Shown: one piece after another, positions 51,501 to 63,843 of the stretch | How the letters are laid out: each line of letters begins with the position of its first letter | Position numbering within the stretch: the first letter of the stretch is position 1 | DNA from: Iphione sp. A-MEVVRFRX5 | Lineage: Eukaryota | Reading direction: 5' to 3' | NCBI GenBank assembly: GCA_976226885.1 | Contig: OZ320314.1 | Location: 103,540,001 to 103,604,000 of the forward strand | Length of the DNA stretch: 64,000 bases | Position numbers and translations under genes: made by a program | The notes under the pieces: generated by a model | What the model was told of the DNA's origin: nothing | Databases searched by the model: none | The model's input: only the letters and a program-made list of their open reading frames with translations

Positions 51501-54291
51501 GGTTCGGTAGATCCATTAAAGACGCCTCCCCCTGGCCTCGTTGGTTCAAGGACAGGTGTTTCGTATCCTCCGTACTGACAGGCTCAATAACCTATTGTAT
51601 GTATGATATGCATAATTCAAGTAGTTGCCACGCTTGTGTCTGACAGCCTGTCTGCTCTACGCGCTCTCTGTCCAGATAAGACCGAACTGCTCTGGTTGCA
51701 GGCAGTGAACTGCTGTCGCTCTCGAGGACTCCAGGTAGTGTTGTGAGAGGCATCCAGCCAGAAAACCCGCAGCCTCCTACTTCACGGTGCCAAACGACGG
51801 CACCAAGCCGCCTCCGGCACCATCAGCCCTCCCTCCTCTCTCTGTACCCAGGCTCTCCACAGTTCTAAACAACAATTACCTGAGCTATTGTTGGACCGCT
51901 CTTTTGTGATAATGAATCATCAGAGTCCGCGGCCGTCAGGGACGGCACGGTCCAGCCTGCTGAAGGCGGCAGCTGCACCTGCAGTGCATGGACGTTGGTA
52001 CCGGCTTTGATTCCTGCAGGCCGGGCCTACATGTAGCCGCGTAGTAATGGTGGTGCTATTACACGCAGCGCGCGTGCAGGCGAACAAAGCAGAAGGTGTA
52101 GAATGAGAAGAGGAGGAATAGTAGGAGTACAGCATGGCTGCCCTCAACCCAATGGCCATGGTCGGGCACGTCTGATTAGAGCACGGCGTGGCGGCACAGA
52201 ACAATGAAAATCTTTCCTGGGCGATGTATAGAGGTGATGTAGTCTTGTACACACCTGTAGTAACTTAGGACTGCGGCGTCAGGGTGGTGATTAGAATGTC
52301 TTCACGTTCATACCACCGCTGTCTTCCATCTGTTTCAGAACTCGCCTCCTCCGCTCCCAAGGACCTGCCTCCATGGGGCTGCGGTTTTCAGTGGTGTTCA
52401 CTGCTAGGGGCGAGGGAAGAGGCATAGACTGCCATGGGTAGGTAGTGGCGGTGGTACCGAGGGGCGGCAGCTCGAGCGTTGGCGCAGAAGCAGGAGGAGG
52501 AGGAGAAGGAAGAGGAGGAGAAATAAGGGTAGGCGCCTAGTAGTAGCGGCAGGCGACGACCACCGCTCCCCTCTCTCGCGTGTCGCCGCCTCGACGACGT
52601 CGCTCTGATGTCGCCGCCGTCGAGGTCCCGGTCGACTTGCGGTCGGGGATAGGGGTCGGTAGTTTGGAGGCGGTGGGGCGACGAGGGCCAAGGGTAGTGA
52701 CCCGGCGCGACTTTCAGATGCAGAGAGAGGAGTAACCCTCCTCTTTACCCTTCCACTGCTGCCCTCTCACCGTCGCCTCATTATCCACGCCAACTAAGGG
52801 GCTCGGGCCGCTCCAACGACGTGCCAGTCGTTCCAGGTGATGTTCCCACGTGTCCACACTATACATATGTAAACAAATGTCCCCGGGCTGATACTGACAC
52901 AAGCTGGGAAGGACTAGGAACTACATGTATATACCACCAATGGCAGTGACACTGCCGCCGAGTATTGGTTAAGCATACACATACAGCACCTCCCACCTAG
53001 TGGGATCCAACTATTATCGATCATTCCGTCGCCCGACGCCTTGCTTCCCTCTCCGCTGTTAGTGGGGTCTGTTAATAGCACTTACAGATCAGAACGTCGC
53101 TCTTCTGTTGGCTCTCGGGCCATCTTCGAGTAAATACACATGTACCGTATGTATACATATATTGCCATATCATAGCCGCTTTATCTGAGCTATGTTTACT
53201 TCTTCAAGATGCGCATCGTTCTTCACCTCCAGAAATGGCAACAGCTTACCTGCGTATATACGGTCATTAACTGAAGTTGATCCTTTAGTGCTTCTCTTTA
53301 TTCGAAAAAGAGTGGAGTAGCACGCCATTTATATTGCTCCTGCATGCCTAAGGACATACATCATTCTGTTAATGTCTAGTACATACATGCGCTTAAAGCA
53401 CCGTCACACACCCACATCCGTAATCTCTCCTTCTTTCTGTCCTCTGGCCAGCAATGCCTGCAGCAAGTTTATTCATGTACATGTATGTATGCATATTAGC
53501 ATGGATGGGAGCCAGGTCCATACTTACCTTGCCCTCTTTATGTATTATAATGACTCCAAACGTGTTAGCTCGATCGGGACAACTTTAATAGATTGATCCA
53601 CGCGCTCCACTCCACGTCCTCCTGCAGCTCGACTTGAAAGCTTTATAGTTAATTAAGCCTATTCAGCGCTGTTTGTTGACTCGGCGGGAGTGCCGGTATA
53701 TCAGACTAAATAGTACTGGTGGCCTAAAGAAGCCATATCACAGCTCCCAGTGCCAGTCGTAATATTGCCTGGGGATTACCACGGTCAAAAGGCCCACACG
53801 AAAATATTTGACCTGATGCAAAAGAAAAATGAAAGAACCTCATTATTTTTTACTCACTTAGCATGTGACCAAGAAATATGTTGCCATTCTGTGATACATG
53901 TATTATTGATTTCACACGCAAGTTGTCTCTCTGTTGCTTGTATCTGGCTGTCTGTTTCTATTAAAGCGAACTTGTAAAGATGTTCACTTCGAGACTCACA
54001 TCTGTTATAGTAGCGCGCTTTAGGTGAATATATCCAAATGTATTCCAATAAACCTCCGAGAGTAAACAATGTATTGAAATGTAGGTTCCAAGACATCCAG
54101 ATAATGTATTTGACCAAGTTCTGTATTTCAATAAAAATTTGTTTTCCAGTCTTTGACTGTTTGCTGACGTGACGTTTTTATCTCGGACATTGTGTACCCA
54201 TGCTTCAATAATCTCATCTGTATATTTATCCATGTACAACGATAAATGTGCTTATACATGTATGTGCAGTGTGTATGGAACATAAGACAGG

Positions 54292-54294
<3 letters not shown>

Positions 54295-54358
<64 letters not shown>
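54295..54358 (+). repeat. (GA)n microsatellite starting a ~400-bp purine-rich tract
   Basis: About 32 GA units, followed by a purine-biased sequence to about 54720. Confidence 0.95.
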
Positions 54359-54362
<4 letters not shown>

Positions 54363-57300
54363 GAGAGAAAAGAGTATATCATGGAAATGAATTGGAGAAA
54401 CAGATTTGGGGTGGAAGAGACCACAGGGGCTGAGAAGAGAAGGATAAAAGAGACAGACCTTGGGAAATAGGATAGCACGGTAAGAGGGATAGAAGGTAAA
54501 GGAAAGAGAATGCGATAGGGTTGAGAAACGACTGAGGACACCGCGATACGGAAGGGAAACAGGACAAATAGAGGGGCAGGAGATGGATAGGGGTACGGGG
54601 AATAATAGAGGGGAAGAGAGGGAGAATTGGAGCAGATATGGGAAGGGAGGGGCAGATGGAGGGAGGGAGAGAAGGAGGAAGAGAGAAAAGGGGAAAGGGA
54701 GCATAGTAGACAGAGCATGGTGATGACGTTCATTCTTGGGCAAGGCTGACCATGTTATGCACATGTGCATGTACAATGTACGATACAGTCACATGTTCTA
54801 GGGTTTTGTTGACTCCTCTTGAATTGGTCTTAACCAATACATGACTATCTTATATGACATTACCTTGTCGATGCTTCTCTGTATACTTGGACATGTATAC
54901 CTGATCCCTGACCACTCTTCCGTTGTCAAGAACCTTTTACCGGATCCATGGACTATACGTTTGCGTTTTACTTAACCTTTTTTCTCGTGAAAAGGTACCG
55001 TTGGTGTTATTGTGTGTCAAGGAGCCAACTGTCTACTTAACGGAAAAAATACAGTCCGGATATGAGAGCTCCGGTATCCGACTTCACTTTGCTTAGACGG
55101 AACGAACTGTCTGATGGCATTCCCGATATAAATTGTTCGCCACTGGTGCGATTATTCGCCATGGACGTGCTTATTTCTTATTTGTGTGTTAAACGTTGGC
55201 CCATGGACAATGACGAATGATTCCCTCTTGATAGGCGTGCTCAGCATTTAGGCCAGAATGAGTGAGGGGGCTGGCGGTGCTAGCTTGGGCCAGACTACTC
55301 CTTGTCATGGGTGTTTAGAGCGGTAAATTGTGTACGGGCCTCAGACATATTTTCCCCAACTTATAAGCTGTAAAGTAGACACTACATAGAACCACTTCCG
55401 TCAAGATGCTACGGCGACGTTTAAAAACCATAATTACCATCAATTATACCGGAGACTTGGAGAGGCTGCTGGTGATGTATGCGAGGAAAATTTGATTTTA
55501 ATTAATTACGTAAAATGAATATCTATTCCAATCGTTAACTATTAAATTACGTAAAAGGTTCGCCCTGTACCTGATGCTTTCCATGTAATTTGTGCACTAT
55601 CAACCGTTTTTTTCTAACACAGTAACAATTACTCCGCGCCACAAAAGCACCCATATCCTATTGTCTTGACAAGGTGTCTTAATTGCCCGCATTGCTCGTA
55701 CAAAAAAACTAGCCCTTTCAGATGAGATGCCCGAGATTGGTTACTTCTTTCCTTCAACATTTATCAACGATCTCACGAGTTGATAAGATCAGGCCAGGTG
55801 GGCGGGCGGGCGGTATGGAGGTTAGCGACATTTAGGTAATACAAATGAGCTTACCGTCCTACTTTAAATAGATTTATCGAATTCTAAAATGCGGAATGCG
55901 CATGTATTACTTAAGGATATGCTTTTAAAAAAACTTCCTGGGGACACGAGGTATGCACTGAAATTTTACTGCGGACACTTTACTGTTGGTGAATAATGAT
56001 TATATACACGTCTAAAAAGAACTTCTTAGTACCGTGACGATGTCTGCCTTGTAACATCCGCCGCACATTTCCCGTTTTAGTTGTACATATAAACTTGAAT
56101 CTTGTTTAACACGGCTTTATTGTCAGGCGCTTTAAATCTACGAACATTTTTCTAAGCTGAGCTCTATTCAAACAGCTCAAAATAAGGAAGTTTTATTCTG
56201 GAAACTTATCACATTTTGACCTATCTGATAACTGGAAAGAAATGTATGTGTCGGGTATCATCATCCACTCAATCATCGAATGTAACACATCAATCTTTCT
56301 ATATGTTTTATTTTCCATTACAGAGCACGTCGACTCAGCGAAGTATGAACACCAAATCACCTGGTGCTGGAGAAAAACCGAGAGATATGAATTTCGCTGC
56401 ACAGAAAGATACGCGGCTCAGAACAGACTCATCACCTACAGAGGAAACAAGTTTCCTTGAAACAAGACGGTACTAAGACAGAAACCTCAACAATATAAGG
56501 CAGTTGTCGCTTTGACAAATACCTGTTTTTAAAATACACCAAATATTTCATCGGTTGCATAACTTTACAGTTTCCACGTCAATGACCCCCCTCCCCCATC
56601 CTCCATCGACTTTGTGGTGAACCGCAGTCAAGCCAGCGATCATACAGTCTGCGAGTGGTAAATACCATCTACAGGGCTGTTCCACTGACAGCATTCCCCG
56701 TTCCTTCTATGGGTAACTCGAAAGGTAACGCTTTGCTCTGAAAGTTCCCAAAGAGAAGTTCTGGCCGAGAGAATCTCCCACATTGTGTACGTGACAAGCT
56801 GATGAAAGGACTGAGTTCGCTATCTCAGCGACTTTTCAAAGTGTCAGTTTTTCCCCCCTCTCACGCTAACATATGCTTAGTCTGTAGTTATTTCATCCCT
56901 AGAGCTTTTTAAAATTTACATTCAGCCATTAAATTACACTTAAAATACTGCACTGTAACACGATTTTAACTCTTGGATGCTTATGGTTATGGTCCTATCA
57001 AGTGCATAACACAGAATCATACTGAACTGTTCCTAAAAGATTGGGTCAAGCAGGAAACCGCTTGGTTACGTTCGGAGCACAATCAGGTCTGGGTTGGGAC
57101 CTTCGCTATGAAAGTTTGGAACAGAATACATATGACGTACTTGCTGTTTACAACTGGTCACGTCAGAACCAGACTCAATAATCAAGAAGACCTTTCTCAC
57201 GTAACAAAGGTAAAGGTTAAGGTAAAGTTAGGTGTACGAGTTCGAACGGTCTTATCTCAGTATACAATTGTATGAGGAAAAGAACTAAAATATCCAACTT

Positions 57301-58013
57301 TAGCCAAATCCCTCGCTTCTAGACACACTAAACACAAACTCGAGTAGAGAAACGATAGCGAGTCTTGTATGAGCCAGAGGCTTTGTGCTCGTGTCGCTTC
57401 AGGCAATTTACTACTTAAGAGAGTGTTGATTCAGAAATGAAAACACCAATAAGAAGTACAAGGGAAAGACTGGCACACATATTACTCTACACAGAGCATT
57501 CTGGGCTGGGCTTAAGTGTGCTGGGCGGTTGGTGAGACCAACAGGGCAGAGATAGTGGCATATACAACATGTGTTATATTCATGATTTGTTATTAGCGGA
57601 GTGGCGGTCAGTCTCTTCATCGGATGTGGAGCCGTCTGAGTCACTCGGTGAGATGCTCCTGACGTTGCCTGGATAGAGCACCGAGCGAATCTGCTCTATC
57701 AACCCGTCCTCATCATCTATCACACGGTTACCTGCATAAGACAGAGCAATCTTTCAATACAGCGCAAACCCCACTTAAAACTAAACACGCAACAAGATCA
57801 GAACTTTCAAAAGTAAGAATACTACAAGAAATACGGTTCATGCTATAATGAAGCGATACTATATCTATACAGATTCTAATTTGTGTGTGGACAATGAAGA
57901 TTTTAGACATTCGAAACGCCTATAATACGTGTCTTTAAAGAAACATAAATATTCACTCAACGTTTATCTTTCTAGTACTGACCATTCTTTAAAGGCTAGG
58001 CTTACAAGCCCTG

Positions 58014-61000
58014 TCATCCGAAAATCTTTCTCTTGATTTTTCCTAGAATGCTCTCTTTATCATCATCTACCACTTGGCCCGAGGTGGCTTTCTCGTTCCC
58101 CGAGTCCGCCCTTTCATCCCCTGCAAGCAGAATAAGGGGAACCAGTAAGCCACCACTGCCACCTGGTGTGGATCTTAGGAAGCACAGTTAAAGGGCTCCC
58201 CTGGCTAGGTTGGGAACGGGATGTCTTGTTGAGTGAATATACGTGCCAGTGGCAGATAAGACTGGTACCCTTACCATTACATATAATTGTTTCTCTCTTT
58301 GAGTTATTTTAATGTTTATGCCCATAATAATCATTTGGCATTGATTTAAAAGCTAACACTGATATTATAATGAGGGCACATGCAACAAAATTATCAGTTT
58401 CTTTTCACCAGTCCTTAGAGTTTACATTAGAATATGCAAAAACTACCTGATTATCACCCACTCTTCACCTTTGTAGTATTTTTGCCGAATTAAAACTTTT
58501 AGAAAAGAATAAAAATCTAGACACTAATTTGACCATTCAGATTAAGGATAAACCTACGCATTTTCCACAATGGATCAATATGATGGCTTGAAATGTGTAT
58601 GAAATGAGCTTTGACAACTCTTTGTTTATAAGTTGCTCACCCTAAGTCCCCGGATATCCCACTCAAAGAATATAGAATTTGTGACACATGTGTTATACAT
58701 GTACATATTTGTAAAATAGTTGAACGACAAGGGGCAGAACAAATATAGACGACATCTTCAGCAATAATAACTGTTTCATTAATAAATATAAAGCCACAAT
58801 CTATTATGATTAATGCTGGAATGATATGCTTCTGATTTTCCTACAATGAAGGTTTATCATGAAACACATCTACATGTACATGTACTTCATATATGAGAAG
58901 TATGTATACCTGTAGTATGGAGAGTGCTAGATGTAACAGCATGGTTGAAAATGTAATCAGTTTATGGATTATAACAAGTTTTAACAAGACGTTTATTCTG
59001 GGTCTTTTCCACACACACATACTGATCGCCTGTGTTACTTATAGTTTCTGTATTATAATGCATAGTAATATCTAGGAGCTTCAATACATACCGTCCTTGG
59101 TCTGCGTAACTCCCGTGATTGTACCTTCAACGTTTTTCTCTGTTTCAGCGAAGGCCAACAAAAGAGTTTTCTGCTCTTGGGTCAGCTTCCTGGAGAAGAA
59201 TAAAACCAATCCATGACTGCTAATCCTCGGGTCTACTGCTCTGTACGTAAACATCGCGTAATTCTACTGTTTGGCCTCACTATGTACCTCCGACATGAAA
59301 TGATAACTTTACAACTTAGAGACCTGTGATCTGACTCTGTGTGGTGAGGTAGGGTTAGTATCCATCATTACAGCCTACGTTCTAACTAGCTGAAACCATG
59401 GAAAATCCATGACTAAAGCATACACAGCCATGTCTATGAATAACAAGAATGCATCCCTTAGCAATACATGTATAGATATACATAATGCTGAAGCAAAAAT
59501 GATTCATGATGTAAAAAACTCTACATGTACTCAAAGTAGAACAAAGCCTGGTACACTCGTACCAAATTTCTAAGTCATCTCTTATATGAGATGGCTAAAC
59601 CCGTCTTTCAAGCATCATATTATAGATTATGGATAAAACAAGAGTGTGGACCTGTGAGGTCTATTGTCCCCCACCATCAACTGCCAATAAAGATGGGGGG
59701 GGGGAGAGAAGGGGAGAGAAAGAGAGAGAAAATGAGTGTGTGTCTGTGTGTGTGTGTAGTGTCTCTCTCTCCTTACAACCACCTTGATTGGCAGCTTGTT
59801 TTGGAGGTAGTTGGCTAGACTTGGTTAAGTCCTTCAGGTTTACAACTCTCGGTTCTGCCTGACCGGGCACAGCCCCCTCGGTTCTGCCTCACTGAGCACC
59901 AGACTGCTACAAACCCTCGGTTCTGCATGACTGAGCACTGAATGTGTATGTATGTGCATTGTCAGACCTAGGAACCCCTGAACCAGGTATGTATGTTTGT
60001 AAGTGTGTTAGGAAAAGAGTAAAATTGGCATAATTTCACCTTCAAAATATTTGAATTACTACCAAAATTACCCAGTGCCATGGGGCCATATATACCAATA
60101 TCATATATTAAAATCAGTTTTTTTGAGTGAAGGGTTTAAGACTTATAAGACCCACAAGAGTGTGACGGATGGTCGGGACACCAGCTGGCAGCATTCCTAA
60201 TGTCCCCCCCCTCTATGAGGTGGGGGACAATAATCAGTACTGCATGTATACCAGAAATACGTTTCCTAGGTTATTTCTTTGAAATCTCCTAATACTGCCC
60301 TATCTCTAGAGGAAATGCCAAAGGTATATTATGTTTATCAAACTAGGTGGACATATCCAAAGTCAACGTAAGATCAACTTTACTTTGAGTGTGAATAGCT
60401 AATTGTAAAGGGTGCTTAAAACTGTAGACTTTTAAGAAAAACGTACATGTGCTGGTGTGATACTCACGGCATTTTAATCTTGATGTGTACGTAGTGGTCA
60501 CCGTGCCCATGACTGTGTGGCCGAGCAATGCCCTTGCCTTGTAATCTTATGCGAGTGTGTGAAGAGGTCTCGCTAGGGATCTGCAAAGAAACAAAACCGT
60601 CCTCATCTTGTTTATAATTTTGTTGCTGGGGTAAAATGGAACCCTAGCCTCAGACCTCTGAGGTATTATTCTTGTGACTTCAAGTAGCTAATAATGTTGC
60701 CACATCAGTCAGTTACACTTCAGATTTCCATAGCCCATTAGAGATTTGATAGTCTTTTTAATATTTCCTAGCTAACAATGAGATTATTGTCTGGTTACAG
60801 TAAACAGGCTACCCTTACATTGAGTAGAATGTCCTCATATATGCCTGGTGTTCGAATAGTTCCTCCAAGGGCCGCTTGAGCCAAGCTGATTGTGACGTCA
60901 CTATGTACATCAGCGCCCTCTCGACGGAAGGTGCGGCTCTTCTCAACCTAAAAAATAAATGACCCAAACATTCTAATAAATACGAAAAAACCCTATGAGA

Positions 61001-62121
61001 TTCATTGTTGTTCATTAGAACAAATTTACTCCAATTTTATCTAATCGCGTAGAAACCTGACTGGTCCCTGTGTTCTATGTATATACATGTACATGTACAT
61101 TGTATAAATATCCCGAAAAGATGGGTGGCAAACGGAAAAAACGAGCATGAAATAGCACTTCCTGGTACAGCAGCTAATATCTTCCTTATGGTTCTCTCCA
61201 TGCAATGTATTATTAACTTACACAGGTGCATGCACTGTCAGGTATAAATGAAAACATACACATTGTATAACTCATTTCTGTTCTACAATGTCTTTACGTG
61301 AAGTTTCTTGATCTCTTCTACCCACCCTGAACGTTATGAAGACTTCCTTATTTCCTACTGGCATTCGCACTGTTTGTCCGTCTTCAACACCTGAATAAAA
61401 GTAAATCAGATATATACATGTAAAACACATCACTGAGAATGTCTTTTAAAACACAAAACCAATAACTTCATGAATCTATTTTAGATGTGCATGCACAGGG
61501 AAAAAATCCGAGGGACAAGGACAGACAGGCAGAGAGAGAACTGTACTAGAAAGCTTACCCGCTGGGACAGGGACGACAACCTTCTTTCGCTGTACTGTGC
61601 GGCCCTTGCCCTCACACTCGATGCAAGGTGTCTTAATCAGTACTCGGTGGCCGTAGCAATGCCGGCAGGTGGAGCGCATTACAAATGGACCAGTACTCAC
61701 AGTTTCCTGCATTCGTAAAAAAAAAAAAAAAACTTGTTAAATTACAGGTAACGGAAAACACAATTAATCGGTTCACTTTTAACTTATCTACGTTTTATAC
61801 TGTGGATACATTTACGACTCAATAAATCCAAACAAGAGCCCGCACAGAAGGAGCCGTGTATATCAATACTTCTTACAGTTATTTTTTCTATAATTTTTAT
61901 TCCTCATTACTATGGAAGGCCATGTGTAGACTCCCTGGTATAAACATGGACATGACTTTAATATATTCCTCAGTACTTACCATACCCGTTCCATTGCAGT
62001 GATGACAGCGTACTTTTTTCGTGCCAGGCTCAGCCTGGTTACCCAGACAACGCGGGCATGTGTCAGTGACATTCAAGTTCACTTCCTTGTTGACCCCACG
62101 GGCAGCTTGTTGAAACGTCAA
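58014..62121 (-). CDS. DNAJA3: DnaJ homolog subfamily A member 3 (Tid1), 3' exons; 5' exons lie beyond the right edge
   Basis: Exons 62121-61981, 61706-61559, 61390-61326, 60947-60819, 60580-60468, 59189-59092 and 58120-58014 (TGA) join in frame with GT-AG. Zinc-finger CxxCxGxG repeats (CPRCLGNQ, CHHCNGTG, CRHCYG, CIECEGKG), VPVPAGVEDGQTVRM, FRREGADVHSD, GDHYVHIKI, and a C-terminus ESILGKIKRKIFG* like Tid1-L. Confidence 0.95.
59635..60233 (+). mobile_element. HINE/pearl-like (Helentron-associated) non-autonomous element in a DNAJA3 intron
   Basis: Starts AAAACAAG; perfect 13-bp subterminal inverted repeat attgtcccccacc (59663) / ggtgggggacaat (60219); internal microsatellites, 3 ctcggttctgc tandem units and a 3' hairpin at 60201-60229. 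Confidence 0.6.
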
Positions 62122-62320
62122 CTGTAATGTTATCTGTCAAAAAAAGAGGGAGAGTGATAGTAGGAGAAAGGAGAGGGGCGAGAAGGAGAAAAAAGAGAGG
62201 AGAGAAGGGAGAGAGAGAGACAGACAGACAGAGAGACAGACAGAGAGACAGACAGACAGGCAGGCAGGCAGACAGATCGAGGATAGAGAGAAGACAGAGG
62301 TGTATTGCTTACTGGAAAAT

Positions 62321-62640
62321 TAGTGGGTTACACGAACTTACAGTGAAGTGTGACCTTGACTTTGTACCAGTATTAGGACACAGGTGTCTAACTGAGATAC
62401 AGCCCAGTGGCGCCACCACAGTCAGCCATCTTGGTTGTTGTCACTATTCAAAGAAGTCAGGAACCCCGCAGCAATAGGATGAGAATGAAACCTATGAGGA
62501 TGAAGGAAACTAAAAGCCCACATGGGAGGGGAGAGGTGGGCAGTTAGACACCTGTGTCCTAATACTGGTACAAAGTCAAGGTCACACTTCACTGTAAGTT
62601 CGTGTAACCCACTAACTTTAGTACCAGCATAGGACACTAG
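62321..62640. repeat. DIRS internal complementary region (about 62541-62640) and its inverted partner (about 62321-62394)
   Basis: About 74-bp perfect inverted repeat: tagtgggttacacgaac...ggtgtctaactg versus cagttagacacc...gtaacccacta. Confidence 0.88.
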
Positions 62641-62691
62641 GTGTCTCCCTGAGACTTCAAAGCCCGAAGCCTCAGAGGATGAGAGAACAGA

Positions 62692-63843
62692 CTATTGCTG
62701 TCCACCATCCCGAATATCCTTCAAATAAAACAACTTGAAGGTATTGGCATGCGACCACATGCCCCTCTTCATAATTTCAGACAAAGGCATTCCCATCTTA
62801 GCCAGCTTCGAAGACGAAGCTGATCTAGTAGAATGCGCGGAGAACACATGCGTGTCCACACCTGACAACGCCATGACCTCTTTCGTCCACCTGGCCAAAG
62901 TGGCTGTGGACACAGACTTACGGCAACTAGTGAAGGAGATGAAAAGAGCATCATCTCCCTGATCATCTCGTAAAGTATCTGTTCTTGAGATGTACTCTTT
63001 TAGGCACCTCACCACGCAAACTTCAGGTTGCGCTGCAAACGGCATCAGCTTTAACTTTGAGGCACACCTGCCCTTCCTGGATTGCTTTAGCGTTTTAGTG
63101 AAAACAATTTGCAAAGAACCATCTCCAATATCATGTATGTTCGAAAGTTGAATGTTGCAAATTGTCTGCATCCTACCGCTGGTAGCCAAAAGAAGCAACA
63201 TGTTGCACTTGAGCGTCAACTTCTTCAAAGACAAAGAAGACAGAGGTTCCCACAGTTTGAGGAAGTCAAGCACCTTAGACACGTCCCAAGTATAATATAC
63301 GCGGGCAACAGGAGGTCTTACATTGAAAAAGCCAGTAAGAACCCTCACAACGTCAGGATGCTTGCCAAACGCAACCCCATCAAACGTAGGAAAAATAGCT
63401 GACAAAGCACTTCTAGCCGTGTTCAAGGCACTGTACCTGATACCCCTGTCGAACATTGTCATAAGAAAATGGATACCTTGCTTAAGGGTAGGATGCAGGG
63501 GATCCCAATTCTTCTGGAAACACAAAGTATTCCACCTTTTAAGGTAAGTGTCATAAAGCAACCGGGTCTTAGGCCTCCAGGAACACAGCATCATAGCCCT
63601 AGAAGCGGCAGTCAAATCTTTACGCTCTACTACTGCGTTCAACAAAGAAGGGCCATAACTTTGATAGCCCCCAGACTGGACGGCCGACCCAGATGATCCA
63701 GAGTGTTGAACCTGGATTTGCGAAACTGGAGGGGCGGAGCACGAGCTAACTGGAGCACCCTGCTGAACCAAGCCCGGTGAGGCCAGGCTGGCACCAGCAA
63801 GATGGCAGCTTTGGGGCGATCCTGTACCAACTTGGCTATGCAC
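62692..63843 (-). CDS. DIRS tyrosine recombinase (intact ORF, 383 aa)
   Basis: Typical DIRS YR motifs: SWRPKT..YD.YLKRW, YSALNTARSALS, LLLLATSGR, CVVRCLKEYI, LARWTK, FSAHSTRSAS, GMW, TF..FY. The catalytic R, H-x-x-R and Y residues are all present. Confidence 0.92.
   Translation of the reverse strand: MHSQVGTGSPQSCHLAGASLASPGLVQQGAPVSSCSAPPVSQIQVQHSGSSGSAVQSGGYQSYGPSLLNAVVERKDLTAASRAMMLCSWRPKTRLLYDTYLKRWNTLCFQKNWDPLHPTLKQGIHFLMTMFDRGIRYSALNTARSALSAIFPTFDGVAFGKHPDVVRVLTGFFNVRPPVARVYYTWDVSKVLDFLKLWEPLSSLSLKKLTLKCNMLLLLATSGRMQTICNIQLSNIHDIGDGSLQIVFTKTLKQSRKGRCASKLKLMPFAAQPEVCVVRCLKEYISRTDTLRDDQGDDALFISFTSCRKSVSTATLARWTKEVMALSGVDTHVFSAHSTRSASSSKLAKMGMPLSEIMKRGMWSHANTFKLFYLKDIRDGGQQ

Noticed and set aside
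54128-54776. SL/RE-rich ORFs of 174-201 aa
   Set aside because: Produced by the (GA)n and purine-rich tract.
56324-56476. Possible plus-strand terminal exon (STSTQRSMNTKSPGAGEKP...RRY*) with a good acceptor
   Set aside because: I could not link it to upstream exons or recognise the peptide; too weak to call.
57675-57710. 9-bp hairpin GATAGAGCA/TGCTCTATC
   Set aside because: A short stem expected by chance; no SECIS or Helitron-end context.
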